Of a DNA stretch of 64,000 nucleotides, positions 1 to 13,095 are shown piece by piece. Positions within the stretch are counted from its first letter, which is position 1. Each line of letters begins with the position of its first letter. Origin of the DNA: Octopus sinensis. Taxonomy: Eukaryota. The notes under the pieces are model-generated. The model saw only the letters and a program-made list of their open reading frames with translations. It searched no databases and was not told the origin of the DNA. Location: contig NC_043008.1 in the NCBI RefSeq assembly GCF_006345805.1, forward strand, positions 53,010,001 to 53,074,000. The letters run 5' to 3'. The translations under genes and the position numbers were made by a program.

Positions 1-566
1 GACACGCACAAACGCATGCAGAGAGAAAGAAAGGTGGGGGTATAGAAATAGAGAGAGTAAGAATGAGAGCTGCTAGTTATATATTTGTCTGCTCGGTTTG
101 TTTTTTTTTTTGTTTTACGTCTTTGATTTAATAGCTTTATATGTTTTCGCCTTTCAATTCTCATAATAAACTGATTAATCAATAAGAAACTTCATTAAGC
201 AATATATTATAAGTCCTTCATTAAAATTTAAGCATCTTTTATTGTACTTTTAACCTGTTGAACTTCAGAATCGTTTCACAAACTATTACAGTCCCCTGGC
301 GGACGTTATTGTATTTAGCATCACACTTGAGACTTTCTGACATTTCAAAGATTTCTCCTTATTTCCGTGTATGCGTAGGTGTATATGCATGTGTCTGTAC
401 GGATGTATTTATGTACGTTCGTCCGTCCATATGTATATATCGCATGTATGTATGTATGTATGCATGTATGTATGTATGTATGTATGTATGTATGTATGTA
501 TGTATGTATGTATGTATGTATGTATGTATGTATATAAGCATGTATGTATGTATGTATGTATGTATG

Positions 567-597
<31 letters not shown>

Positions 598-658
598 GCA
601 TGCATGTATGTGTGTATTCATTTATGAATGAAAAGATGTTTACATGTATATGTTATGA

Positions 659-960
659 GGAGGCGCAATGGCCCAGTGGTTAGGGCAGCGGACTCGCGGT
701 CGGAGGATCGCGGTTTCGATTCCCAGACCGGGCGTTGTGCGTGTTTATTGAGCGAAAGCACCTCAAAGCTCCACGAGGCTCCGGCAGGGGGTGGTGGCGA
801 CCCATGTTGTACTCTTTCGCCACAACTTTCTCTCACTCTCTCTTCCTGTTTCTTGAGTAACGCTGTGATGGACTGGCGTCCCGTCCTGCTGGAGGGAACA
901 CATTCGCCACAGAAACCGGGAAACCGGGCCCATTAGCCTGGTTATAATTGAGAAGGGCGA
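659..960 (+). mobile_element. tRNA-derived SINE, family A (tail type 1)
   Basis: Head GGAGGCGCAATGGCCCAGTGGTTAGGGCAGCGGACTCGCGGTC...GGTTTCGATTCC with Pol III A-box and B-box; near-identical copies at 22555-22873 (-), 34526-34893 (+) and 35189-35380 (+). Confidence 0.85.
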
Positions 961-1180
961 CGTTTATCGTTTATATGTTATGAATTATGAGTATATGTAA
1001 ATACCTACGTCTGGGTGTATGTTTTTGAATGTATGTATACATATTTGTTTGTATGTATATATATATTTATCTCTATGAGTATAAATTAATGTACGTATAT
1101 AATTATTACGATTTGCATTCTTACATGTGCATAATCATATATCTGAGTAAATGTTTGTACTCATGTTGTCTGTACTTATG

Positions 1181-1214
<34 letters not shown>

Positions 1215-1224
1215 TTAATAATAA

Positions 1225-1788
1225 TGCCCTGATGCAGTACCAGGCAGTGGCTCTCATGGCTTCTGATCTAACTGATTAGAAATGTTATCATGTACATAGT
1301 TTTGTCTTGGGATAAAAGATGGGCTACAGCAAATATTCTGCTCAATACCACAGATTTGCTTGTCATTGTTTGACCTTAACAGTTGAGCATGTCCCTTAGT
1401 GGCTGACGATGTGCATCTCTGATCACGAGCAGAAGTAGTGGGGGAGCATCAAGCCATGTGTTGAGAGGGATTCTTTGGGGTTTGAATAATTCACCTCTGG
1501 AAAAACATGGGTGGTTCTTTCAACATCCTTAAACAACCTTATTCAGGGACTTTTGAGCGGGATGGGCTACTCAACCTAAGAAAATTCTAACTGGGCCCCA
1601 CCTGCAAGTTCATGTCTGTTTATCTTGATATGAGATCACCATGTCGCGCACATATGGTTGTGATGCATGTGCCTGGTGTACCCTTATCAGACGGGTAGTC
1701 ATGATGGGTATATTGGGCTTCGTATATTTTACCCCATTGTCACTTTGATGGCATGCACTGCTCTCTCACTCAATAATAATAATAATAA
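1225..1788 (+). mobile_element. Retroposon (family E) with (AAT)n tail; 5'-truncated second copy at ~2063-2400
   Basis: ~330 bp (GTGTTGAGAGGGATTCTTT...CACTCAATAATAAT) is repeated at 1458-1788 and 2065-2400 with high identity; both copies end in (AAT)n. Confidence 0.7.
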
Positions 1789-2399
1789 GGACCTTCCTAT
1801 CTGTTGTCGATCGCTATTACTGCCTGTTCGATGTTATTGCAGCTGTTGTCTTCCAGCAAAGTCCACTGCAGCTGACACTGATGCAATATAGCGACATATT
1901 GTGGCATTGCATTGCATGATTGAATGATTAGGAAGCAAACACAAGGTCACGCGTTGGATCCCACTGCGTGGCATCTTGGGTATTGACAATTACTTCAGTC
2001 TAGGGTCGACGGAAGCCTTGTGGGTTAATTGGGTAGATGGAAACTGTATAGAAGGCCATCGGATGTGTTGAGAGGGATTCTTTAGGGTTTGAATAATTCA
2101 CCCCTGGAAACATGGGTGGTTCGTTCAACATCCTTAAACAACCCTTATTGAGGTACCTTTTGAGCGGGATGGGCAACTCGATCTGCAGAAAATTCTAACT
2201 GGGCCCCACCTGCAAGGTCATGCGCTGTTTATCTTGATATGAGATCACCATGTCGTGCACATATGGTTGTGATTCATGTGCCTGGTGTACCCTTATCAGA
2301 CAGGTAGTCATGATGGGTATACTGGGCTTCATATATTTTACCCTAGTGTTACTTTGATGGCATGCACGGCTCTCTTTCACTCAATAATAATAATGATAA

Positions 2400-4046
2400 T
2401 GGTTTCAAATTTGGGCAGAATACCAACAATTTTAAGGTAGCAGTAAATCCATTACTGGTACTTAATTAACCACCCCGAAAAGATGGAAAGTCAAAGTTGA
2501 CCTCGGTGGAATTTGAGTTTAGAACGTCACAGAACCTAAGCATTTCGGCCAGCGCAGTAACAATTCTGCAAATCCACCAGTTCCTAATTTAGCATCAAGA
2601 CCCGAATCTTGAGGAGGTGATTTGTCAATAAAATCGATCAGTACCTGCAACGATGGAAAAGTAGATGTAGCGTAGACATTGGCAGGATTTGAACTCAGAA
2701 CAGAAGCAAAATTTCCGATGCTGGCCTATGATTGATTTGATTGAAAGCAGTTTATTCGAAGAAATTGATCCCCCAGTAGGACTGTTATTTTTTACATGAA
2801 TGTTGAAGAGCGGTCTTTGGTCTCTTAATAAGGGGACATACATAAATACACGAAATCCATCGTTGCTATTTTGTTCATTGTTCAACCGCTTTTATCAATT
2901 TACTGCCGCCATTTTCTTTGTCGCTACACTAACCCCTCCCGGTTTTGCTTTACAGGCAGAATCAGGGTCGGAAAAATTACCCTGTGGTATTTCCTCTTCG
3001 GCGAGCTTGCAGAAACGTTAGCACGCCGGGCGAAATGCTTAGCGGTATTTCGTCTGCGTTACGTTGTGAGTTCAAATTCCGCCGAGGTCGACTTTGCCTT
3101 TCATCCTTTCGGGGTTGATAAATTAAGTACCAGTTACGCACTGGGGTCGATGTAATCGACTTAATACCTATGCCTGTCCTTGTTGTCCCCTCTGTGTTTA
3201 GCCCCTAGTGGGTAATAAAGAAATAGGTATTTTCTCTTCGTGACGTTCCGAGTTCAATTCCGGCCTTGGTTAACTTTGCGTTTCATCCCAGTGGGGGCCG
3301 CTAAAATGAAGTAACAATCATAAACTGAGGTTGATGACATCGACTAATCCCTACCCTCAAAACTGCGGGTCTTGCGCTTAAATGAAAAGTCATTATCTAA
3401 ATGACGGCAAGCCGGCAGAATTGTTACTGCGTAGAACAAAATTTTAAGCGGCGTTTCTTCCGGCTCTTTCTTTCCTGATTTAAAATGTGGCTGAAATTGA
3501 CTTTGCCTCTCAATCTCTCGGTAACGCTAAAATAAGTACCAGCTGAGCTCTTGGGCTGATGTAATCGACAAGCCCCCTTTCCCCAAATTCTAGGCATTAT
3601 ACCTAAGGTAGAAGAGATCATTTTTAACGCAACCAGCTTGCAGAATCTTCCCCACATCGATTTTGTGCTTAGCAACATTTCGTCCGTTCAAATTTTCCTG
3701 AAGTCGACTTTACCTTTTATCCTTTTGGGGGTCGATGAAACAAGTATCAATGAAGCCCTGGGGTCGATGTAATCGACTATTCCCCTCTTCAAAATTTCAG
3801 AACTTGTGCCTTTAGCAGAAAGAATTATCATTAGTACTGGCAAGCTAGCAGAATCATTAGCGCATCGAACAAAAAATACTTAGCGGCATTTCGTCTGTCT
3901 TTACGTTCTGAGTTCAAATTCCGCCGAGGCTGACTTTGACTTGCATCTCTTTTGGGGTCGATAAAAGAAGTACCAGTTGAGCACTGCAGTCGAGGTAATC
4001 GACTTACACTCTCCCCGAACTTGCTGGCCTTGTGCCAAAATTTGAA

Positions 4047-4088
<42 letters not shown>

Positions 4089-4465
4089 CTTTTCTACTAC
4101 ATGCGCAAGACCCCAGTACTCAACTAGTACTTAATTTATTGACTCCGAAAGGATAAATGGCAAAGTCGACCTCGTTTGGACTCAGAACGTAGCGGCAGAC
4201 GAAATACCGCTATTTCGCTCGGCGAGCTAACGCTTCTTATTTCTTTATTGCCCACAAGGAGCTAAACATAGAGGGGACAAACAAGGACAGAAAAAGGGAT
4301 TAAGTCGATTACATCGACCCCAGTGCGTAACTGGTACTTAATTTATCGACCCCGAAAGGATGAAAGGCAAAGTCGACCTCGGCGGAATTTGAACTCAGAA
4401 CGTAGCAGCAGACGAAATACCGCTATTTCGCTCGGCGTGCTTAACGATTCCGCCAGCTAGCCACC
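2400..4465. mobile_element. Cluster of ~8 family-B tRNA-SINE copies or fragments on both strands
   Basis: Recurrent GAGTTCAAATTCCGCCGAGGTCGACTTTGCCTTTCATCCTTTCGGGGTCGATAAATTAAGTACCAG...CTGGGGTCGATGTAATCGAC. Full copies at ~3000-3227 (+) and ~4237-4465 (-); others carry the alternative CAAAATTTCAGGCCTTGTGCC tail. Confidence 0.85.
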
Positions 4466-4794
4466 TTAAAGACTATAATTAGCATAACTTTCCTTTCTTC
4501 TTTTGCCTGAAATGTAATTACGTTGATAGAGTATTTTAATTTGGGTTAAAAGTAACTCCTATTATTTATTGATAATTTTTTGTCTTCATTTCTATCGATG
4601 TGTGTATTTATGGGTTGTTGTTTTTGCTTTTGTTTTTGTAGACAATGGAACCTAATCCAAGGAGATGAATCTGATGAGCCAACAACAGCTGAGAAAGAAA
4701 CCTGGATAATTATTTACCTCCCTACTTTATCCTTTTAATCGGTTATTAACAACTATCTGCCTGTCTCCTTAACTCCCTCTCTCTCTCCTCTCTC

Positions 4795-4839
<45 letters not shown>

Positions 4840-6403
4840 ATCTACCTACCTGTCTATTAAACTATATATCTATCTATGTGACTGATCTATGATAAGAAAA
4901 GGCAGATATAGAGAGAGTGATCAGACAGACAAATAGAGAGAGAGAGAGAGGGAGTGAGAGAGAGATATATACACACAGATAGATACAGAGAGAGAGACTA
5001 AGTGTCGAGCAAACAGACAGGCATACAGACAAACAAGGAGTTGTCATATACGGAAAGAGACACGGAGAGAGAAAGAGAAAGAGAGAGAATAGTGAAGCTG
5101 ACAAAGACAGAAAGACACTGAGAAAGACAGAGGGAGAGAGAGAGAGAAAGTCGTCAGAGACGCACACAAAAAAGAGAGGGAGACGAAAAAAAAGGGAGAT
5201 AAAAAATATCATGGCTTTGTCGTAAAAAATTTAAAAGGTGGGGAAGTTTGAAACAAGGAGAGAAATGGATAAATACAAAAACGAAAGGCTGCCTCAACAG
5301 AGGTTACCATCTGTTACACAAATACAAGCAATAGTTCCTGAGTTATTACAGGAAGAAAGGCTGTCGTCTGTCATTTACTAACAGCAGACGATAATTACCA
5401 CCATTTCTTAATATTTGATGATCAGCAAGGCAACAGTTACGACATGATCTCTTAAAAAGCACATAAAAACGACGACGTCAAACGTTCTTTATTTTCTGTT
5501 TATTTTTGTTCCACAATTCTTTTTAATTATTTTTCTTTAATTTGAATTCAAAGTCTTTGAAACATTTCTTCATACTTTAACTTCGTTAATTAACTTTTTG
5601 TTCAACTTTTGTTGGCATTTCATTTCAATCTTCATTTATTTATTTCCTTAAGTATATTTTATTCGTTTAACGCCATCATTGTTTGACGTTTATATATATA
5701 TCTACATATATATATATATAAAATATATATATATATATGTTTATATATATTCATACATTCTTTATTTTACACTTTTACTAGTTTTAACCAGTGGATTATG
5801 TTCTGGACGTGTTGGGATATTTATACGTTTAACTACTTCGGTTGGAATTTATCGCTTTAAAATATATATTTCTTGAAAAAAAAAAAAATTTCACATTGGT
5901 CCTCGCTACCATATTTATTTACTTACCCAGTACCTGTGTTCAACAACCACGCTCTCTGTCGGATTTGTCGGATTTACTACAGACTCATCAGTGCAATATA
6001 TGAACATATCAACAAGTTGACCAGCACATTTTAACGGAGACCAATACTTTTGTTCTACTGCTTAAATTATACTGTTCAACTAAACACGTTTTCACGCTTA
6101 CACACACACACACACATATACGTGCGTAATAGATGCAAATATACATACATATGCCATACGTACATACATACACTTTACACTCGTACATACATTAATGTAT
6201 ATACATATATTCATGCATACATACATAAATACAAGCATACATTAGTACAAACATACATTCACATAGGCATATATATACACGCGTGCATATATAAACACCA
6301 TACAAATACAAGCATATATATATATATATATTTATATGTATATGTATGTATTTGTATAGATAAAGATAGATAGATAAATTGATAGATAGACAGATAGACA
6401 GAC

Positions 6404-6490
<87 letters not shown>

Positions 6491-6821
6491 CAACTAGTTG
6501 ATTATATATACATATACACACACGCACAAGTAGATATACCTACGTGCACATACACGCACATACGCACAAGCAAACACACAGACACAAGCACTCTTTCGTA
6601 TAGCAGTGACAGCGGGAGTTTCTCGTGTAAGCGTCCGAGCGTGAGTGTGCGGTGTGTGCGCGTGTGAGCGTGCGTGCGTGTGTGTACGTGTGAGTGCGTG
6701 CGTATGCGTGTGTCCGTGTGTCCGTGCGTTCCGAACGTGTTTTTATGTCCTCATGTATTTACGCATGTGTGTGCGTGTATGCGCGCGCGCCCTCGTGTGA
6801 CAATCTGTGGTGTCAGTCGTA

Positions 6822-8574
6822 ATGGTAGAACCAGCCAATGAGAATTCGAGAATCGATTCGAAAGAACAGCTGCTCCGAGAGACTCCGGCAAACGAACTCG
6901 CTGGCATCTCGAAGCATGAGTTTGCCGCCTGTGTGGAGAAGAAGACCGGGAAAGATGAGATGGAGAGAAGCAGCAGCGGCAGCAGCAGCAGCAGCAGCAG
7001 CAGTCGACGTGGAGGATGTAAACAGCTGTCAATTGATCCATCGGCTGGTGACGGCCGTATCAACAAGGCTTATACTTCACCGGATATAGAACTACAAAGT
7101 TATTCGATAGGAAGTCGAGCAAGTAGTCCCTTCTTACATCATTCTCAACAACAACAACAACAACAGCAACAACAACAACAACAACAACAATTACACAAAC
7201 AACAACAGCAGCAGCAGCAGCAGCGCCAACACTCACAATTTAGCAGCGGCAGTAGTAGTAGTGGTGTTGGTGGTGGTGGTGGTGTTAGCAGTAGTACTAA
7301 CACTAGCAGTGGTGTCGTGAGCAATGTCACACCTAGCGTCGGCTCCGTCGGAGCGACATACGGTACGGCGACGTCAGCTCCGGTGTCCACTGCGGCCGCC
7401 ACACCTTCGAGCCGGTCGCGGCTCGCCGCCACCACTTCACTGACTTCGCCGCTGTTACGTGGCACCACCTCGGCCTCCGCCCCCGCCGCCACCGCTGCCA
7501 CTGCCGTTACCGCTGCCACCGGTGGTCCCCTGAAACCTGTCCCCCCTCCGCCGCCGCCCCTCATCAGCCGCATCAGAAGCCCCGCGCCGACGCCCTTACG
7601 CTTCAACCCCCCGGCGCCTTTTCAATTTTCGCGACATTTCCCCACACAGTTCACTCAAGCGACTCAACTGTCACAACCTACACAACAACAACAACAACAA
7701 CAACAACTACAACAAAAGCAACAACCACAAATACAGCAACCGAAACCCTCTTCCGCGCACCAGCAGTTTTCATTCCAGCACCACTTCTCAAGCCCTTATA
7801 CAGCCCTGCCCCTCACTAAGCGCACCTGCCTCAGTCCGTTAACCCCTTCCGTTACCACGGTAACAACATCAAGCGCCAAGACATACACGACACCTTTCAC
7901 GAGCCGTTTGGCGAACCCCAAACATGACCAAAAGCAAACCTCTACCGCTTTCGGCCTCGGCGCTAAACTCACCGGCAATAACACCACCAGCAACAACAAC
8001 AACAGCATTAACAAAACCATCGGCTACAGCAACAACAACAACAACGGTGGTAAAGACACCAGCACCTCATTCACGACCAGTTCATATGATCCAAAACTAT
8101 GTTTCGGGGCCGCTAGCAAACCGGGTGGTAAAGCTGATCCGGGTGGTATCATACCCTCACTGGTGCAGCAGCCGTCTTCCGGTAAACAAAGCAACTTGTC
8201 CAGCCTAAGTTTTGCTTCGAGCACTTTATGTAGTTATCCACGCACTTGTCAGTCGCCAAACTACAACACAACCAGCGCCGCAGTCACCTCGGCCAGCAAA
8301 ACAACAACAACTACTATTATTACCACTACTACTACTATAACTAGTAGTAGTGTTGCCAACAAGTATCTCCCCCAACTGAACAGCTGTAGTGCTAATAACG
8401 CCACCGGCGCTGCCGCCCTCTGCCTGTCACTGAACACGGCGCCGGCGCCGGCGACTGGTGTACTCAACAAGCGTACAGCTTCTCTTAACCCGGCGACTAA
8501 TAAACTTCAACAGCACTACACGGCTCACCCGTCTTATACCAGTAGCAGCACCGCCATCACTAGCAGCAGCAGCG

Positions 8575-8611
<37 letters not shown>

Positions 8612-10938
8612 CGGCAGCAGCAGCCTTATCCCCTCCGTCATCCCCATCACCAGCACCGCCACCGCCACCAGCACAGGCAGCATCGTTAACCCGCAACTCA
8701 CTGCCTCTAACGCACCCTTCACTGCACGTTCGGTCGCTTTACTACCATCATCATCATCGCCATCATCATTATCATCATCATCATCATTACTCTCATCAGC
8801 AACACCAAAAACAAAAACAACAACAACAACATTAGCGTCGTCGGCATCATTAACACCAACATCGGCATCATCATCATCCTCATCATCACCATCGTCATCA
8901 TTACTGCGTATAGCTTCAGCAGCGGCTGCACCCACCTCTGTCTCTTCTGTTCCCACTGCTACCCCCATCTCAGCCTTCAGATCTGTTCCTACCACCACCA
9001 CTCCTTACTCTTTCTGCTCCCCCTTCTCTTCTTTCCCATTGCTTTCTTCCTCTCTCGCTGTGTCTTCTACCTCATCTTCTCCCTCCTACCTCCACTCGCC
9101 CTTGTACTCATCCTCCTACTCGTTGTCTTCTAAAAAGACGACCTTCCCCGACTTCACCGCGCGCCGCGCCTCCCTCTTCACCTCCTCCTTCCCTTCCACC
9201 ACTTCGAACGCTACTGCGTCTCCCACCCCTCCTCTCCTTTCGTCCCGTCCTTTCTCCTCGTCGCTCTCCTCCTCGCTTTCTCCCTTACCATCAACCTCCG
9301 CTCCCTGCTACGCCCGCGGCCGCTCCCCCGTCTCCACCGCAGCGGCGGCGGCGTCCCCGGCGTCGACGTCGTCGTCGCCGACCCCGCTGGCTTCTTCGGC
9401 CCCTCTGCCCCCTCCCCCTCCCTCTGTCACAACGTCTCGGATCCCTTCTTTCGGTGGTGCCGCGGCCACCGCCGCCAGCAACAGCGGCAGTGGCAGCATC
9501 AGCAGCAGCAGCAGCAGCAGCAGCAACAGTTTACTGAAGCCCGCGGTGGGTCGCCACCGTCCGCCCCTCCCTCCCTCAATGCACCACGCCAGACTCCAGA
9601 CAGACAGGACCACTCCGCCACCACCTCCGCCGCCTCCTCCTCCGCCGCCGCCGCCGCCGCCGCGTCCGCTGCAGGAGGAGGACGAAGAGGAAGCGGAGGA
9701 GAAGGCCGACGGCGAAGGGGAGAGAGAGGACAACGTGGACGTCGAAGTAGCGGCGGACGAAGACGACGCGAGAGTCCTTCGAGAGGTGGAGGAGGAGGAG
9801 GAGGAGGAGAACGAAGCGGAGGAGGGGAAACGGGCGAGGAGCCGAAACTTCGATGATAACGGCGGCGGCAGCAGCGGTGCTGGCGGCGGCGGCGTGTACA
9901 GCGATGATGTCGGCAGCGGCGATGTGAGAGTGCGGGGAAGGGGAAGAGCGGTGGTGGGTGGTAGTGATGATGACGATGGTGGCGGTGTACTGAATAGTGT
10001 TGGCAGCAGCCGCGGTGGCGGCGGAAGTGGCGACAGAAGCGTCGGTGGAGGCGACGTTCATACTAACGGTAGTGGTGGTGGTGGTGGTGGTGGTGGTGGT
10101 GCTAGTGGTGGTGGTGGTGGTAGTGGTGCTGGTGGTGGTGGTGGTACTAGTATTACTGGTGGTGGTGGTGGTGGTGGCAGCGTCGGTTCGGTGGGAGGTG
10201 TAGGAAGTACGAACAGCGGCGGAACGGGAGGAATAAGTGGAGGAGGAGGAGGAGAGGAGAACGAAGCGGAGGAGGGGAAACGGGCGAGGAGCCGAAACTT
10301 CGATGATAACGGCGGCGGCAGCAGCGGTGCTGGCGGCGGCGGCGTGTACAGCGATGATGTCGGCAGCGGCGATGTGAGAGTGCGGGGAAGGGGAAGAGCG
10401 GTGGTGGTGGTAGTGATGATGACGATGGTGGCGGTGTACTGAATAGTGTTGGCAGCAGCCGCGGTGGCGGCGGAAGTGGCGACAGAAGCGTCGGTGGAGG
10501 CGACGTTCATACTAACGGTAGTGGTGGTGGTGGTGGTGGTGGTGGTGGTGCTAGTGGTGGTGGTGGTGGTAGTGGTGCTGGTGGTGGTGGTGGTACTAGT
10601 ATTACTGGTGGTGGTGGTGGTGGTGGCAGCGTCGGTTCGGTGGGAGGTGTAGGAAGTACGAACAGCGGCGGAACGGGAGGAATAAGTGGAGGAGGAGGAG
10701 GAGGAGGAATAAGTGGAGGAGGAGAAGGAATAGGAAGTGGTGGAGGAGGAGGAGTAGGAGTAGGAAAGGGAGGAGAAGGAGGAGGAGGTGTAGGTCCGCC
10801 GCCGCCGCCTCCGCCACCGCCGCCACCGCCACCACAACTTCACCACCAACAACAACACCAACAACAACAACAACAACAACAACAAACACACCTCCACCAC
10901 CATCAACAAACACAACAACAACATACACAACAGCAGAC

Positions 10939-10969
<31 letters not shown>

Positions 10970-11557
10970 ACACAGCAGCGTCCGTCACAACAACAGCAAC
11001 AACAAACACAGCAAACACAGCAACAACCACAACAAACACAACAGTTACAACATTTGCAACAAACACATCCATCATCGACAACAGCACAACAACTATTACA
11101 ACAACAACAACAACAACAGCAACTACAGTTACAACAACAACAACAACAACAACTACAACAACGAGAACGAGAAGAGTGCAAGCAGAAAGCTAAGGATTTT
11201 TTATCCGATATTGGAGCCGATTATATGCGAGTCAATGGGGCAATTGGCTCGTTTAAGCAACTCCAGAAGCCCAACTCTATGCAGTCACTGCCCACATCGT
11301 CTAAGATGAGTTATACCTCGGAAGATGTCGGCGTGGCTCTGGTTGGCGGTGGAAATAGCAGCGACTATCCTCGCTTTGTGGACGACAAGCCTGCAAAAGA
11401 ACGACAAAAGCCCAACGTTGGTTACAGGTTGGGTAAGAGGAAAGCGCTATACGAACGCAGGAAACGTATCTCCGACTATTGTCTTGTTTTCGGTATGTTT
11501 GGCATCGCCGTTATGGTGCTGGAAACCGAACTGACCATGGCAGACGTATATGGCAAG
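6822..11557 (+). CDS. KCNN: First coding exon of a small-conductance calcium-activated potassium channel (SK/KCNN family), with an apparent frameshift at ~10407 inside a tandem duplication
   Basis: The 3' end translates to [50 protein letters not shown], the hallmark SK pre-S1/S1 sequence (cf. [38 protein letters not shown]), and ends at AAG|GTAAGT. Upstream ORF 6807-10442 has its first ATG at 6822 (gtaATGg, good Kozak context) after an in-frame TGA at 6798. Deleting the 449-bp duplicate or restoring 1 G joins the two frames (1429 or 1579 codons). Family identity is high confidence; the full N-terminal extent is less certain. Confidence 0.85.
9804..10702 (+). repeat. Near-perfect 450/449-bp tandem duplication inside the SK exon
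   Basis: GAGGAGAACGAAGCGG starts at 9804 and 10254 (offset 450). Copy 1 reads GCGGTGGTGGGTGGTAGT (~9948) and copy 2 reads GCGGTGGTGGTGGTAGT (~10398), a 1-G deletion; the offset is 449 thereafter (AATAAGTGG at 10232 and 10681). Confidence 0.95.
11162..11557 (+). CDS. KCNN: Non-low-complexity part of the SK exon: conserved cytosolic pre-S1 region and transmembrane helix S1
   Basis: Frame of ORF 10640-11608: [37 protein letters not shown]...[10 protein letters not shown]...DYPRF...[24 protein letters not shown]...ETEL. The GYRLG motif starts at 11420. In-frame ATGs at 11225 and 11279 are possible short-isoform starts. Confidence 0.95.
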
Positions 11558-11563
11558 GTAAGT
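11558..11563 (+). promoter_or_regulatory. Canonical 5' splice donor (phase 0) ending the SK exon
   Basis: AAG|GTAAGT is a perfect consensus donor immediately after ...VYGK; the reading frame then degenerates into poly-T and (AAT)n. Confidence 0.93.
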
Positions 11564-11610
11564 GACACCGCAAAACATTTCTTCTTCTCTTCCTTGGCTT
11601 TTTTTTAAAA

Positions 11611-11646
<36 letters not shown>

Positions 11647-11677
11647 AATAATGATAATAATAATGATAATAATAATA

Positions 11678-11729
<52 letters not shown>

Positions 11730-11919
11730 TAATAATAATAATAATGATAATAATAATGATAATAATAATAATAGTAATAATAATAATATACATACATACG
11801 TTTATATATCATGTGTGCCACATGCACAGACACACACGCATACAAACACAAATACACAACACTATGTCTCTCTCTCTCTCTCTCTCTCTCTTTCGCTCTC
11901 GTTCTCACACACGCTACAC

Positions 11920-11950
<31 letters not shown>

Positions 11951-12331
11951 ACACACACAAACACACACACACACACACACACATACATACACATGCATGC
12001 ATGCACGCACAAACATATACACACATGCTACACGAACCTCAAGTTACATAACAGTTGTTTCTGTGTCGAAATCCAAAACTTTGTAATACAATTATGAAAA
12101 AAAAAAAAAAAATTAACAAAAAAAACAACAACATTTAACTATTTATTTAAATTATATTGAAAATTAACAGTTGCATTGTTTTGTTAATCCAGGATCCATC
12201 TACCCTGCATATGTATTTATTTATAATCCACCCGTCCATGTACGATTTAACTTATCTCTGCTCTGCCCTGTTCATATATTTAATCTAATTATCTGTTTAG
12301 TTTTCACTATATATGTATGTATGTATGTATG

Positions 12332-12374
<43 letters not shown>

Positions 12375-12389
12375 ATCTATCTATCTATC

Positions 12390-12479
<90 letters not shown>

Positions 12480-12504
12480 CACATGTATGTATACACACAA
12501 CACA

Positions 12505-12581
<77 letters not shown>

Positions 12582-12970
12582 TATTCTGTGTTTGTAAGTC
12601 TGTGGATAATAATTATCAATAAGAGTGTATTTTGTATGTCTATCTTTCTATCCGGCTGTCTTTGAACAAATATAATATAATATCACTGCTGATATTTACT
12701 TAAACTATATTTAAACTATATTTCCGTTTCTCCTTTTCCTTTTAAATTTCTGCGAATACCCCTCGTATTTACCTGGGTACCTATCTACCTATCTGCGTAT
12801 CTACCTGTCCATCTGTCTAACTATCGCATCTATCGATCTGTAAATTTATTTACGTACCTCTTTCGCAATGTTTAAGTTCTCCTGTCCTTCTTTCCAGTGC
12901 TTCGTCCCTCCCGTCTTCAGGTGTGTGTGCATATACCTGTGTGTGTGTGTGTGTGTTTGTGTGTATGAGT

Positions 12971-13062
12971 AGAAATGTACATGTATGCATGTTTTTTAAA
13001 CTTTCATCCCATGTATTGAGTGCACTTTCGGCTGTCCATTCATTCGTGTATATATACATGTC

Positions 13063-13095
<33 letters not shown>

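Noticed and set aside
659-735. tRNA gene (and similar heads at 22800, 23970, 25710, 25981, 34526)
   Set aside because: A and B boxes are present, but there is no proper acceptor or anticodon stem pairing and each runs into a shared repeat body, so these are SINE heads.
4622-4710. Strong acceptor-like poly-T/TAG at 4640 and a CTGATGA...GAAAC pair at 4671-4701
   Set aside because: No donor or coding support for an exon (a UTR exon cannot be excluded); as a hammerhead it lacks stem II pairing and a GUH site.
7145-11181. Antisense and alternative-frame ORFs overlapping the SK exon
   Set aside because: These are shadows of GC-rich trinucleotide-repeat coding sequence that lacks stops.
10640-11608. 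ORF 10640-11608 as a complete standalone gene
   Set aside because: It starts at a GTG inside the duplicated G-rich block and its last residues (VSDTAKHFF...) are read-through past the GTAAGT donor; it is part of a spliced exon.
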